Shown: positions 1-7,820 of the stretch, piece by piece
Layout of the letters: each line of letters opens with the position of its first letter
How positions within the stretch are numbered: position 1 is the stretch's first letter
From: Candidatus Saccharimonadota bacterium
GTDB taxonomy: Bacteria; Patescibacteriota; Patescibacteriia; 2-12-FULL-60-25
Length of the DNA: 32,000 nt
Assembly: GCA_022843095.1 (NCBI GenBank)
Contig: JALHOH010000002.1
Span: 90,001 to 122,000 of the forward strand
Direction: 5' to 3'
The notes under the pieces: generated by a model
Told to the model about the DNA's origin: nothing
Seen by the model: the letters and a program-made list of their open reading frames with translations, nothing else
The model's database searches: none
Program-made: the position numbers and the translations under genes

Positions 1-459
1 GACGCGGACGTCGTCGGAGCGGATCTCTCGCGAAAGGCGCTTGCCGTCGCGGAAACGCGAGCCAAGCGGCTGGGCGTTCCGTTTCTTCCCATGACCGCGG
101 ACCTCGCGCATCTCCCATCGACGGAAGCACAATTCGACTCGATTGTGTGCACGTTCGTGGGATGCACGCTGGACGATCCGCGCGCGGTCTATCGTGAGTT
201 TGCTCGTGTGATCCGGCGGTCCTCCGAGGGCGCCGCATCCGGCAAAGGAGGCTTGCTCATGCTCGAGCACGTTCGTGTTGATAACAGCACCGCCTTCCGC
301 GTGTTCAGCAAGGTGATCGCCCCCTTGTCACGACGGCTGTTGCACTGCGATCCGAATCGCAACACCATGCAGATGGTCGAAGAAGCGGGATTTCGCATCA
401 CGGACACCCAAGCCTTTCTCGGTGGGATGTTCGTGGGGTTCCGCGCCGTTCCCATCTGA
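1..459 (+). CDS. Class I SAM-dependent methyltransferase, 5' end cut by window edge
   Basis: Frame 1 is open from base 1 (DADVVGADLSRKALAVAETRAKRLGVPF... precedes the listed Met at 91). The translation shows methyltransferase-type motifs (FDSIVCTFVGCTL, GGLLMLEH). Stop at 457-459 is followed by a hairpin terminator. Confidence 0.7.
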   Translation, partial: DADVVGADLSRKALAVAETRAKRLGVPFLPMTADLAHLPSTEAQFDSIVCTFVGCTLDDPRAVYREFARVIRRSSEGAASGKGGLLMLEHVRVDNSTAFRVFSKVIAPLSRRLLHCDPNRNTMQMVEEAGFRITDTQAFLGGMFVGFRAVPI

Positions 460-463
460 CCCA

Positions 464-487
464 ACACCACAGAAGTGGTGTTTTTTT
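464..487 (+). terminator. Rho-independent terminator after the methyltransferase gene
   Basis: Stem acaccac (464-470) / gtggtgt (475-481) with 4-nt loop agaa, followed by a T-run at 482-487. Confidence 0.65.
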
Positions 488-529
488 ATGGCTGACAAAC
501 AGAGGAGTATTCGTTACAGTGCTGGGAGT

Positions 530-1438
530 ATGCAAAAAATAATCCCGCATCTGTGGTTTGATACGCAGGCAAAGGAAGCTGCGACGTTTTATACGACGGT
601 TTTTCCAGGGGCCAAGATTCTTTCTTCTACCCTCCTGTCCGGCACGCCATCGGGGAATGTAGAGATCGTTAATTTTGAGGTGTACGGCTTGCGGTTCGGC
701 TCCATCTCGGCGGGGCCGTTTTTTAAGATCAATCCCTCCATTTCGTTCATGATCAACTTTGATCCGTCCAAACAGGCGGATGCGGGAGAGGAGTTGGACC
801 GCGTGTGGAAGGCGCTTTCGGAAGGGGGAACGGTACGCATGCCTATTGGGGAGTATCCGTTTAGTAAGCGGTATGGGTGGATCGAGGATCGGTTCGGGGT
901 GAACTGGCAACTTATTTTGACCGATCCTGCGGGCGAGCCACGACCCAAGCTCATGCCCGCGCTTCTCTTTACCCAGTCTCTGGCTGGAAAAGCGGAGGAG
1001 GCGACGAACTACTATCTTTCCGTGTTCAAAGGGGGAAAACGAGGGAATCTCGCGCGGTATCCGGCGGGGATGGAACCGGACAAAGAGGGGACCATCATGT
1101 TCACGGATGTTGAGCTTGCGGGCCAATGGTTTGTGGCCATGGATAGCGCACAGAAACACGATTTTCTCTTCAATGAAGCGGTGTCGCTCATGGTAGAATG
1201 CGAGACGCAGGAGGAGATCGATTATTACTGGGAAAAATTGAGCGCCGTCCCTGAGGCGGAGCAATGCGGATGGCTGAAAGATCAGTTTGGGATTTCTTGG
1301 CAGATTGTGCCGTCGGACATGGATGCCATGATGTCCAAGGGGACGCCAGAACAGCGTGCACGGGTGACGCACGCGTTTCTGCAGATGAAAAAGTTTGACC
1401 TGGCAACGTTACGCCGGGCGTATGAAGGTGCGATGTAA
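530..1438 (+). CDS. Two-domain VOC/PhnB-like protein (3-demethylubiquinone-9 3-methyltransferase-domain family, glyoxalase fold)
   Basis: MQKIIPHLWFDTQAKEAATFY... is the typical N-terminus of this family. A second copy (KLMPALLFTQSLAGKAEEATNYY...CGWLKDQFGISWQI) shows tandem domains. ATG at 530 follows GGGAG. Earlier in-frame starts at 422 and 488 lie inside or directly after the upstream terminator. Confidence 0.7.
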   Translation: MQKIIPHLWFDTQAKEAATFYTTVFPGAKILSSTLLSGTPSGNVEIVNFEVYGLRFGSISAGPFFKINPSISFMINFDPSKQADAGEELDRVWKALSEGGTVRMPIGEYPFSKRYGWIEDRFGVNWQLILTDPAGEPRPKLMPALLFTQSLAGKAEEATNYYLSVFKGGKRGNLARYPAGMEPDKEGTIMFTDVELAGQWFVAMDSAQKHDFLFNEAVSLMVECETQEEIDYYWEKLSAVPEAEQCGWLKDQFGISWQIVPSDMDAMMSKGTPEQRARVTHAFLQMKKFDLATLRRAYEGAM

Positions 1439-1443
1439 GACGT

Positions 1444-1908
1444 ATGAATAAAATGAAAATGTTGGTTTCAACGGTGATTCAGGCAACGCCGGAACGGGTC
1501 TGGCAGATCATGCTGGATGATGCGACGTATCGAGTTTGGACGTCGGCGTTTTATCCAGGGTCCTACTTCAAAGGCGAATGGAAGGCGGGAACGATCATCT
1601 ATTTTTTGGGCCCCAATCCAGAGGGTACCGGGGAGGGTGGGATGGTGACTGAAGTCAAGGAAGTGCGACCGTTTGAGTTTGTTTCGCTGATGCATCTGGG
1701 CATCATGAAAGATGGGGTCGAAGATCGAGAGAGTCCGGAGGCAAAGGCATGGGCAGGATCGTATGAAAACTACACCTTCACTCCAAAAAACGGCGGAACC
1801 GAGGTGACGGTGGAAATGGATATTTTGGAAGATTTTAAAGGGGTTTTCACTTCCATGTGGGTAAAAGGGTTGGAACGCGTGAAGGCATTGGCAGAAGCAA
1901 GTGCCTAA
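1444..1908 (+). CDS. SRPBCC (AHSA1/START-like) domain protein
   Basis: 154 aa with the pattern VIQATPERVWQIMLD...YRVW... and a C-terminal amphipathic helix, typical of Activator-of-Hsp90-ATPase-homologue/SRPBCC proteins. It lies 5 nt after the upstream stop. Confidence 0.6.
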   Translation: MNKMKMLVSTVIQATPERVWQIMLDDATYRVWTSAFYPGSYFKGEWKAGTIIYFLGPNPEGTGEGGMVTEVKEVRPFEFVSLMHLGIMKDGVEDRESPEAKAWAGSYENYTFTPKNGGTEVTVEMDILEDFKGVFTSMWVKGLERVKALAEASA

Positions 1909-1911
1909 CCC

Positions 1912-1940
1912 TTGCTTTTTTTCCAAAAATAGGGTAGATT
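1912..1940 (+). promoter_or_regulatory. Sigma70-like promoter (TTGCTT - 17 nt - TAGATT), 9 nt upstream of ATG 1950
   Basis: -35-like TTGCTT at 1912-1917, a 17-nt spacer, and -10-like TAGATT at 1935-1940. The start codon at 1950 has no Shine-Dalgarno sequence. Confidence 0.35.
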
Positions 1941-1949
1941 TCATCAACT

Positions 1950-2534
1950 ATGCCTTACGAACGCCGTGAAACGAATGTGTGGTCCAGCCGTGGTGGGAAG
2001 AAGTTTGGGGGGAAATTTGGAGAATCGTCTCGTGAATTCGGCGGACCAAAGCGGTTTCATGGTGGTCGTGACGACCGTCGCGGCGGCTTCGAAAAGCGTG
2101 GAGGGTTTGGCGGTGGGTTTGGTGGCGGACGCGGTGGCTTCCAGGATCGCCCGATGTTTGACGCCACCTGCGTCGAATGCGGAAACGACTGCAAAGTGCC
2201 GTTTCGCCCGAATGGCTCAAAGCCGGTGTACTGCTCCAACTGCTTCCGCAAAGACGGAGCCCCTCAGGGAGACATGGCCCCGCGCGCCCCGCGTGAATCC
2301 GGATCCTCGGATCGTGGCGGTATGGAACGCGAATTGAAGGCCATGGCGGCCAAGATCGATCGGATCCTGTCCATCCTGGAAGAAGCAGCGTTCGAAGTGG
2401 ATGAGGAAGAGATGGACGCAGCGGCTATGATGGACGAAGTCACGGAAGCACCGAAGGAAGAAGTGACGCCAGAGCCAGAGCCGAAAGCAGAAGCAAAACC
2501 GAAGAAGCGCGCCTCAAAGAAGAAGAGCGCGTAA
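1950..2534 (+). CDS. CxxC-x17-CxxC zinc-ribbon protein with RGG/Gly-Arg-rich N-terminus and acidic/Lys-rich tail
   Basis: CVECGNDCKVPFRPNGSKPVYCSNCF gives exactly CxxC-(17)-CxxC. It is preceded by GGFGGGFGGGRGGF repeats and followed by an acidic stretch and a KKRASKKKSA tail. This matches the CxxC-x17-CxxC domain family as I recall it (TIGR04272-type). Confidence 0.75.
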   Translation: MPYERRETNVWSSRGGKKFGGKFGESSREFGGPKRFHGGRDDRRGGFEKRGGFGGGFGGGRGGFQDRPMFDATCVECGNDCKVPFRPNGSKPVYCSNCFRKDGAPQGDMAPRAPRESGSSDRGGMERELKAMAAKIDRILSILEEAAFEVDEEEMDAAAMMDEVTEAPKEEVTPEPEPKAEAKPKKRASKKKSA

Positions 2535-2540
2535 TCACAT

Positions 2541-2563
2541 CCCCGGCCAAGCGCCGGGGTTTG
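2541..2563 (+). terminator. Rho-independent terminator for the CxxC gene
   Basis: Stem ccccggc (2541-2547) / gccgggg (2553-2559), loop caagc, then tttgtg. Confidence 0.55.
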
Positions 2564-2566
2564 TGT

Positions 2567-2596
2567 ATAAAAAACGCTCCAACGAGGTGGAGCGTT
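2567..2596 (-). terminator. Rho-independent terminator for the minus-strand peroxidase-like gene
   Basis: On the minus strand: aacgctcc-acctcgtt-ggagcgtt, followed by a T-run (complement of the A-run 2569-2574). It lies immediately downstream of the stop at 2603-2605. Confidence 0.55.
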
Positions 2597-2602
2597 GCGT
2601 CG

Positions 2603-4003
2603 TTATGGGACGACGGCGTATTCGACGCGGAACGCGTACCGCATGTAGCGGACGATGTCCACGGATTCTTGCGGTGAGATGTTCATGCCGGCTTCCATGT
2701 CCAGCAGGAATGCGGCGAGAGGGGCGTTTCCTTGCGCTTGGGCCGTGAGGGCAGCGCCATGGAGATTCGCCCGAACGCCCGGGAGGAATCGATCGCGGTA
2801 GTGCGCGACGACGTCATCCAGTGAGTGCGCGCTGTTGTCGTGGAAGAACGCGCCGGTCCTTGATCCTGTCCCATGCAGGGACGGGATGCGGTGGAAGACC
2901 GATGGTTGAGGCATCGCGCCGATCGCCGTCAGGATGCACGGAACGGGTGAGATGCATGGATTTGCTCCAGCAACCTGCCCGGTCGGATCTTGGACGATGA
3001 GCGCGCCTGGATCTGCCGCGGTGACACGGATCGGCGCTCCAGCAGGAGCAACGACGGTCCCCGGCGGGATCGGAAGGGGCGACCCGGGTGGCACTACGAG
3101 CGCCTGGAGCAGGCGGATTTCGTAGGTGCGTGCCGGAAGGCCGTTCGCGTTCACCTCAGAGGTGCCATTGCCTGCAAAGGCGAGGTTCGGCGGATCTCCG
3201 GGGTTGAACAGGTTGGTGCGGTTGCGCATCGGACCCGAGTGACAGGCGGCGCAGACGCCTCCGTGTTCCGGATCAGATCCGGAAATGGGTTTGTCTACGA
3301 AGAACTGTCGACCACGACGCAGCGAAGCGGCATAGTCTTCCGGAAGTCCTGATCGAACCTCTGGGAGCGGAGGCGGCTGCGAGGCATTCGCCGCGTATGC
3401 GGCTGTGCTTCGCGAGGTGAACAGGTGTGACTGGAACGCAGCCATCGCTTGTCCTTCAGCGGCTGTTGGCGCGCGACCGGCTGCATGCTGTGCCACCGCA
3501 GACCCCGCCTGATGCGCCAGATCCGATCCCTCTCTTCCGTCCCACATCAGTGCGTGCAAGGAGGAATCGAGGGAGGTTGGAACGGCGCGGAACAGGCGCG
3601 TGGAACGTGCGGTCGGTGATCCGACGATTTGCACGTTCGCGGGGAGTTGGACATCGACGGCAATCAGGCCGTGGTTGACCAACCGGGTATACGCAACCCC
3701 ATCTCCCTCGTCGCTGTTCAGCGGGTTGAAGAGCGGGTGCGTTGGGTGGGTGAGCCGGAGGCGTTGGACGTCTTCAGGCCGAAGCATGAAGTCGGTGAGC
3801 GGGTTGTGGCAGTGCGCACACACCACTCCGTTGCCGCCGAACGTCTCGTGCGTGTAGAGACGGGCGCCCGCACCGAATTGTTCGGGGTTGGACGGCCGAC
3901 GCACCACGACCTCAGAGACTTCTTGAGAAGAACCGGACTGCGACACGCAGCCCAGCAGAATGGACATGAGGATGACGGATAGAAACCGCAAGGCCGGTTT
4001 CAT
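2603..4003 (-). CDS. Di-haem cytochrome c peroxidase/MauG-superfamily lipoprotein (paralogue 1)
   Basis: N-terminus MKPALRFLSVILMSILLGC has a signal peptide plus an LLGC lipobox. Two CxxCH haem-binding motifs (CAHCH, CAACH) lie about 190 aa apart. The C-terminal FFHDNSAHSLDDVVAHY resembles the conserved CCP-family distal motif. Confidence 0.7.
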   Translation of the reverse strand: MKPALRFLSVILMSILLGCVSQSGSSQEVSEVVVRRPSNPEQFGAGARLYTHETFGGNGVVCAHCHNPLTDFMLRPEDVQRLRLTHPTHPLFNPLNSDEGDGVAYTRLVNHGLIAVDVQLPANVQIVGSPTARSTRLFRAVPTSLDSSLHALMWDGREGSDLAHQAGSAVAQHAAGRAPTAAEGQAMAAFQSHLFTSRSTAAYAANASQPPPLPEVRSGLPEDYAASLRRGRQFFVDKPISGSDPEHGGVCAACHSGPMRNRTNLFNPGDPPNLAFAGNGTSEVNANGLPARTYEIRLLQALVVPPGSPLPIPPGTVVAPAGAPIRVTAADPGALIVQDPTGQVAGANPCISPVPCILTAIGAMPQPSVFHRIPSLHGTGSRTGAFFHDNSAHSLDDVVAHYRDRFLPGVRANLHGAALTAQAQGNAPLAAFLLDMEAGMNISPQESVDIVRYMRYAFRVEYAVVP

Positions 4004-4146
4004 CGTTCCCTGTCTTTCTTTTGGGTTCGAAATTCAGACCAAATGTCCCCCCGAACCATTCGAGAGGACGCCGCCACTTTAACGAGCACGTGATGACGTC
4101 GTCAACAAAAATCCCGCCGGATCAGAGAGATCTGGCGGGACGGGTG

Positions 4147-5856
4147 TCAATGCGACGGGTTCGCGAAGGCGATGTGGCCGACGAAGTACGCCTTCATGTC
4201 GTCCATGTCGCCCTGTGTCACGTCGAACCGTGCCGCGATGTCAGGCAGGCCGGCGAACAGCAGGCGGTCGCGCGTCTGGTGGAAGAACACCAGGTAGTGC
4301 GCGAACACGTCATCGATCGTCCGAGCCGAGTTGTCGTGGAAGAAGCGGGGATTGCGCCCCGTCCCCCAGAGCGGCGGCGTCCGAATCGTCGACTGGCCCT
4401 GAGGGATGGGACCGAGGTCGCCGTCCCCATCGTCGTCGAAGTCGAACACCGGGTTCAGGATGCACACGAGGATCGAATCCCCGCAGAGCGACCCCGTGAG
4501 CATGGCGCGACCCAGGTCATGGGTGCGCACAACGCGACGGGGCGATCCGGGCGGATCGAACGGCTCTCGCACCCGAAAGGTGAACTCGGGGAGCGCGTTC
4601 GGGTTCCGCTCCGTCGTCCCGTTGTTCGAGAGGAACAGGTTGATCGCCCCGGTGAGCGGGTTGATGCTCGGGGCGAAGTTGAAGGGCGACTGCTGGTTCA
4701 GCATCGGCCCCGTGTGACAATCCGCGCAGCGACCGCGCGGACCATCGACGTAGAACTCGCGTCCGCGGATCTCCGCCGGCGTATTGCCAGGGGGGAGCGT
4801 GGGCGCCGGCCCTCCCTGCGCGAAGGTGCGCAGGGTGTGGCTCGTAAAGAGCGTCCGCTGGAACGCCGCGATGTTCGCGGCCTCCGCGGTGGTGAACTGT
4901 CGGCTCGTCGCCGACGGTTGGTTGTGCGTCGTGACGGCCCCCGGAGCCTGCGCCTCGAGGGACGGCTCGCGCGCGTCCATCATGAGGTTCGGCTCCAGCA
5001 ACGCGGTGTTGCGCACCGTCGGCGAACCGCGGCGCACCCACACCTTGCACCGCCCGTCCGGGAGCAACTCGCTCGAGGGCGCAGCAGGCGTCCCGCATCC
5101 GTCCACCGAGATGTTCGGCGGCAGGATGAACGGGATGTTGAACGTCGCGGTCGTCCGCAGCTTCGTGTACGTCGTACCCCCAGGGGTATCGGCGTCCACA
5201 CTACGGAAGAGCGGATCGCTCGTCCCGAAGAGGTCCCAGCGCGCCTGCACGGCGTCCACGCCGATCGAGAAGTGCTGGAGCCCCATGTGGCAGGTGTTGC
5301 ACGCCCGCCCGTTCGTGCCGAAATCGTTGTTGAAGAACAATGCCGCCCCATTCAGCACGCTCGGCCCGTGCGAAAGAGCACGCGTGACCTCGGGGAGGTC
5401 ACGTTGGGAAAGGCGCGCGGTCACAGGGGAAACCCCCTGGATCGCCTCCGCCGCGCGGGTCTCCGGGCGCGGAGTCGGCAGCATGCGCCGCTCCTGCTGG
5501 ACCGCGCGCTCCGTCTGGCTCTGAAGGCGCAGGGCGGCCTCGCGAGGCAGGTCGGTGTTCGTGGACGCCGGCGTCTCCGGGGTCCGCGTCGTCACCTCCG
5601 AGCCCTGCAGAGCCGTGCGCTGCCAGGCGGCCTGCACGAACCGCGACAGCGGCTCCCGCTGGCCGTTCGCCCACGCCTGCCGAAGCGGCAGCGTCTGGGT
5701 CGTCACCTCCCGCACCCGACCGTCGTCCGCCCGCACCGGCATCGGCCGAGACGGGGTCTCGGAAGGCGTCGGTGCCGCGCAGGCAGAGGCCATCAGGCCA
5801 AACAGCGCCATCAAAACCAGAGGGAGTCTTCCTCGTACGTCGCGGATGGGCATCAT
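4147..5856 (-). CDS. Di-haem cytochrome c peroxidase/MauG-superfamily lipoprotein (paralogue 2)
   Basis: Signal peptide with ...LMASAC. CNTCH and CADCH have the same spacing as the neighbour, and FFHDNSARTIDDVFAHY is shared with it. The start is chosen at the ATGATG (5856) 10 nt after AGGAGG on the minus strand; the track start at 5865 is only 1 nt from the SD. Confidence 0.7.
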   Translation of the reverse strand: MMPIRDVRGRLPLVLMALFGLMASACAAPTPSETPSRPMPVRADDGRVREVTTQTLPLRQAWANGQREPLSRFVQAAWQRTALQGSEVTTRTPETPASTNTDLPREAALRLQSQTERAVQQERRMLPTPRPETRAAEAIQGVSPVTARLSQRDLPEVTRALSHGPSVLNGAALFFNNDFGTNGRACNTCHMGLQHFSIGVDAVQARWDLFGTSDPLFRSVDADTPGGTTYTKLRTTATFNIPFILPPNISVDGCGTPAAPSSELLPDGRCKVWVRRGSPTVRNTALLEPNLMMDAREPSLEAQAPGAVTTHNQPSATSRQFTTAEAANIAAFQRTLFTSHTLRTFAQGGPAPTLPPGNTPAEIRGREFYVDGPRGRCADCHTGPMLNQQSPFNFAPSINPLTGAINLFLSNNGTTERNPNALPEFTFRVREPFDPPGSPRRVVRTHDLGRAMLTGSLCGDSILVCILNPVFDFDDDGDGDLGPIPQGQSTIRTPPLWGTGRNPRFFHDNSARTIDDVFAHYLVFFHQTRDRLLFAGLPDIAARFDVTQGDMDDMKAYFVGHIAFANPSH

Positions 5857-5962
5857 GGTTCCCATCCCTCCTTACATGCGCCTTTGCCGCCTCACCATTG
5901 AAACGGGAAAGGCTGACGGAGCGTACGGGGTTTTTTGCTGACTGACAAGGGTGACCAGTGAC

Positions 5963-5991
5963 TTGAGCAAGTCTACTTCTCCGCGTAGCAT
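5963..5991 (+). promoter_or_regulatory. Sigma70-like promoter (TTGAGC - 17 nt - TAGCAT) placing the TSS at or next to ATG 5998 (leaderless)
   Basis: -35-like TTGAGC at 5963-5968, a 17-nt spacer, and -10-like TAGCAT at 5986-5991. The ATG at 5998 is 6 nt after the hexamer and has no SD. Confidence 0.4.
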
Positions 5992-5997
5992 GCGTGC

Positions 5998-6915
5998 ATG
6001 ATGATCAAAAAACAGATTTTACAAGGCGAGCTTGCGGATTTGGCGTTGTACCAGGCGTTGCGCACGCGGGCCGGGGGAGATCTCGCCAAGGTGTTGGACG
6101 GGTTTATCGAAACGGAAACGCGACATGTGGCCTATTGGCGTCGCGCTTTGCATGATCAAGAAACACGTCTTGGGGCACTAGGTCGTCTTCGCAACGGCGT
6201 TATTCGTGCCGCGGTGTTTGTGTTTGGAGATCGTGCCGCGTTTTTGTTGTTGGAGGCGGTAGAAACGCATGGGATTCAGCAATACCTTGCGCTTTGGGAG
6301 ACCACCACGGATCCGGAACTGCGTGAAGGGCTACGCACAATTTTAACCGAGGAATTGCTGCATGAAGATGAAGCTGCGACGCAAGGGGAGCGCGCCATTC
6401 GTCCAGATGCCATCCGGAACGCCTTTCTTGGATTCAATGATGGGTCGGTGGAGATTTTGGGGGCGGTAAATGGGCTCTATGCCGCGCTTCAGGATCCGTC
6501 GCTCGTCGCGGTTTCTGCGCTGACGGTTTCCGTAGCCGGAGCCGTGTCGATGGCGGCCGGTGCCTACCTAGGGGCGCACGCAGAGGCGGAACTGGCGCAA
6601 AAAGAATCGGCGAAACAGCGTTTTCTGGATCAGGATGACCGCGCGCCGATCGTTGCGTCTCCGTGGCGTGCCGCTGCATTGGTCGGGACGGCGTATTTGG
6701 TCGGGGCGTCTGTGCCGGTGTTGCCCTTTCTGGTTGGCGCAACACATCCCTGGATCTCCATTCTTTGTTCCGGCGCGCTCATCTTGTGCGTCTCGGCGCT
6801 TCTCGCGTTTTTGTCCGGGATGTCGCTTGCTCGTCGCGTCACGCTCAACATGGGGGTGATTGTCTGTTCGGTCCTCATCTCCTATGGGATTGGCCGGTTG
6901 TTAGAAGGGGTGTAA
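5998..6915 (+). CDS. Ferritin-like (rubrerythrin/ERFE-type) domain fused to a VIT1/CCC1-family iron/manganese transporter
   Basis: The N-terminal four-helix-type region has ExxH-like motifs (ETETRHVAYW, EELLHEDE). It is followed by FLGFNDGSVEILGAVNGL and multiple hydrophobic helices typical of VIT1/CCC1. Confidence 0.75.
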   Translation: MMIKKQILQGELADLALYQALRTRAGGDLAKVLDGFIETETRHVAYWRRALHDQETRLGALGRLRNGVIRAAVFVFGDRAAFLLLEAVETHGIQQYLALWETTTDPELREGLRTILTEELLHEDEAATQGERAIRPDAIRNAFLGFNDGSVEILGAVNGLYAALQDPSLVAVSALTVSVAGAVSMAAGAYLGAHAEAELAQKESAKQRFLDQDDRAPIVASPWRAAALVGTAYLVGASVPVLPFLVGATHPWISILCSGALILCVSALLAFLSGMSLARRVTLNMGVIVCSVLISYGIGRLLEGV

Positions 6916-6927
6916 TGTAGCGACCAT

Positions 6928-7788
6928 ATGCCAGGAGAAGGCTTGAGTAATATCCAGATCGACGGGGAAAAACTGCTCGCAATCCAAGACGTTCTTGGGA
7001 TGGAAGCCGCGCGGACGAAGGCGCTCGAATCCAGCGGGAAAGCGTTTGGATTGCTTTCGTCGCTGCTTTCGCGCCCGAAGCAGGAGGACATGGCGATCAC
7101 GTACGAAGAAAAGCGCTACGAAGCGTTTTGGCATGTGCTTGGGGTCTCGCGGTTTGAGTACAAACGCCGAAAGGCCTACAAGATTCCTGTGGAATCCATG
7201 GTCCGTGAAGTGGAGTTGCTGGGACAGGCGTTTCCTGTCGCGCCTCAAGCGAAAGCCTTTGACGTGGAGGGTATCGAGCGGTGTTTGGAGGAATATCGTG
7301 AAGAATCGTTGATCAACGCACACACCTCACAACCGGGAGACTTTGCCAAGTACCTCGCCTTGCCCGCAACGACGATTCTTTCGACGGATGAACTTACCGC
7401 GGACGGAACACCGATTGCCGCCATGGAGGCAAAGCCGGCTTTTTTAGTGCGGAAGACCGTGAACGCGCTCATCAAGCCCATCCAGGCGGATCAAATTTTG
7501 GACGAACAGATCGCGATTACGGCGCTCGCCCTGTATTTTATCCCCGTGTACACGTTTGAATTGCATTGGACCGTCAAAGACAAGCGCGTGACCATCTCGT
7601 TTGATGGAGCGACGGGGGAACAGCGGGCGCAGGCGAATCGTATCACGGATAAATTGCGCAATTCGTTCACCAGTGATGAGTTGTTTGAGTTTGGCAAAGA
7701 GGTGGCGAACTTTGTCCCAGGGGGCGGTCTCGCGATGATGGCTGGACGCAAGGCTATTCAGCTGTACGAGGGAAATAACAAGGAATAG
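6928..7788 (+). CDS. Hypothetical protein (no family recognised)
   Basis: 286-aa ORF with balanced composition, a clean stop followed by a strong hairpin terminator, and only short opposite-strand ORFs. Confidence 0.55.
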   Translation: MPGEGLSNIQIDGEKLLAIQDVLGMEAARTKALESSGKAFGLLSSLLSRPKQEDMAITYEEKRYEAFWHVLGVSRFEYKRRKAYKIPVESMVREVELLGQAFPVAPQAKAFDVEGIERCLEEYREESLINAHTSQPGDFAKYLALPATTILSTDELTADGTPIAAMEAKPAFLVRKTVNALIKPIQADQILDEQIAITALALYFIPVYTFELHWTVKDKRVTISFDGATGEQRAQANRITDKLRNSFTSDELFEFGKEVANFVPGGGLAMMAGRKAIQLYEGNNKE

Positions 7789-7793
7789 AAAAA

Positions 7794-7818
7794 ACACGGA
7801 ACAGATGTTCCGTGTTTT
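7794..7818. terminator. Bidirectional hairpin terminator between convergent genes
   Basis: Stem acacggaac (7794-7802) / gttccgtgt (7807-7815), loop agat. It is flanked by an A-run (7789-7793) and a T-run (7815-7818), and sits between the stops at 7788 (+) and 7821 (-). Confidence 0.65.
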
Positions 7819-7820
7819 GG

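Noticed and set aside
398-1372. 324-aa minus-strand ORF overlapping the PhnB/VOC-like gene
   Set aside because: It is an Arg/Pro-rich antisense frame with no family features. The + strand product has a duplicated, recognisable domain and sensible start and terminator context.
4021-5901. 626-aa ORF on the + strand, the longest ORF in this region
   Set aside because: Its composition is extremely Arg/Pro/Gly-rich and it has no recognisable motif, which is typical of an antisense frame in ~70% GC DNA. The opposite strand encodes a protein with a signal peptide, two CxxCH motifs and clear paralogy to the neighbouring gene.
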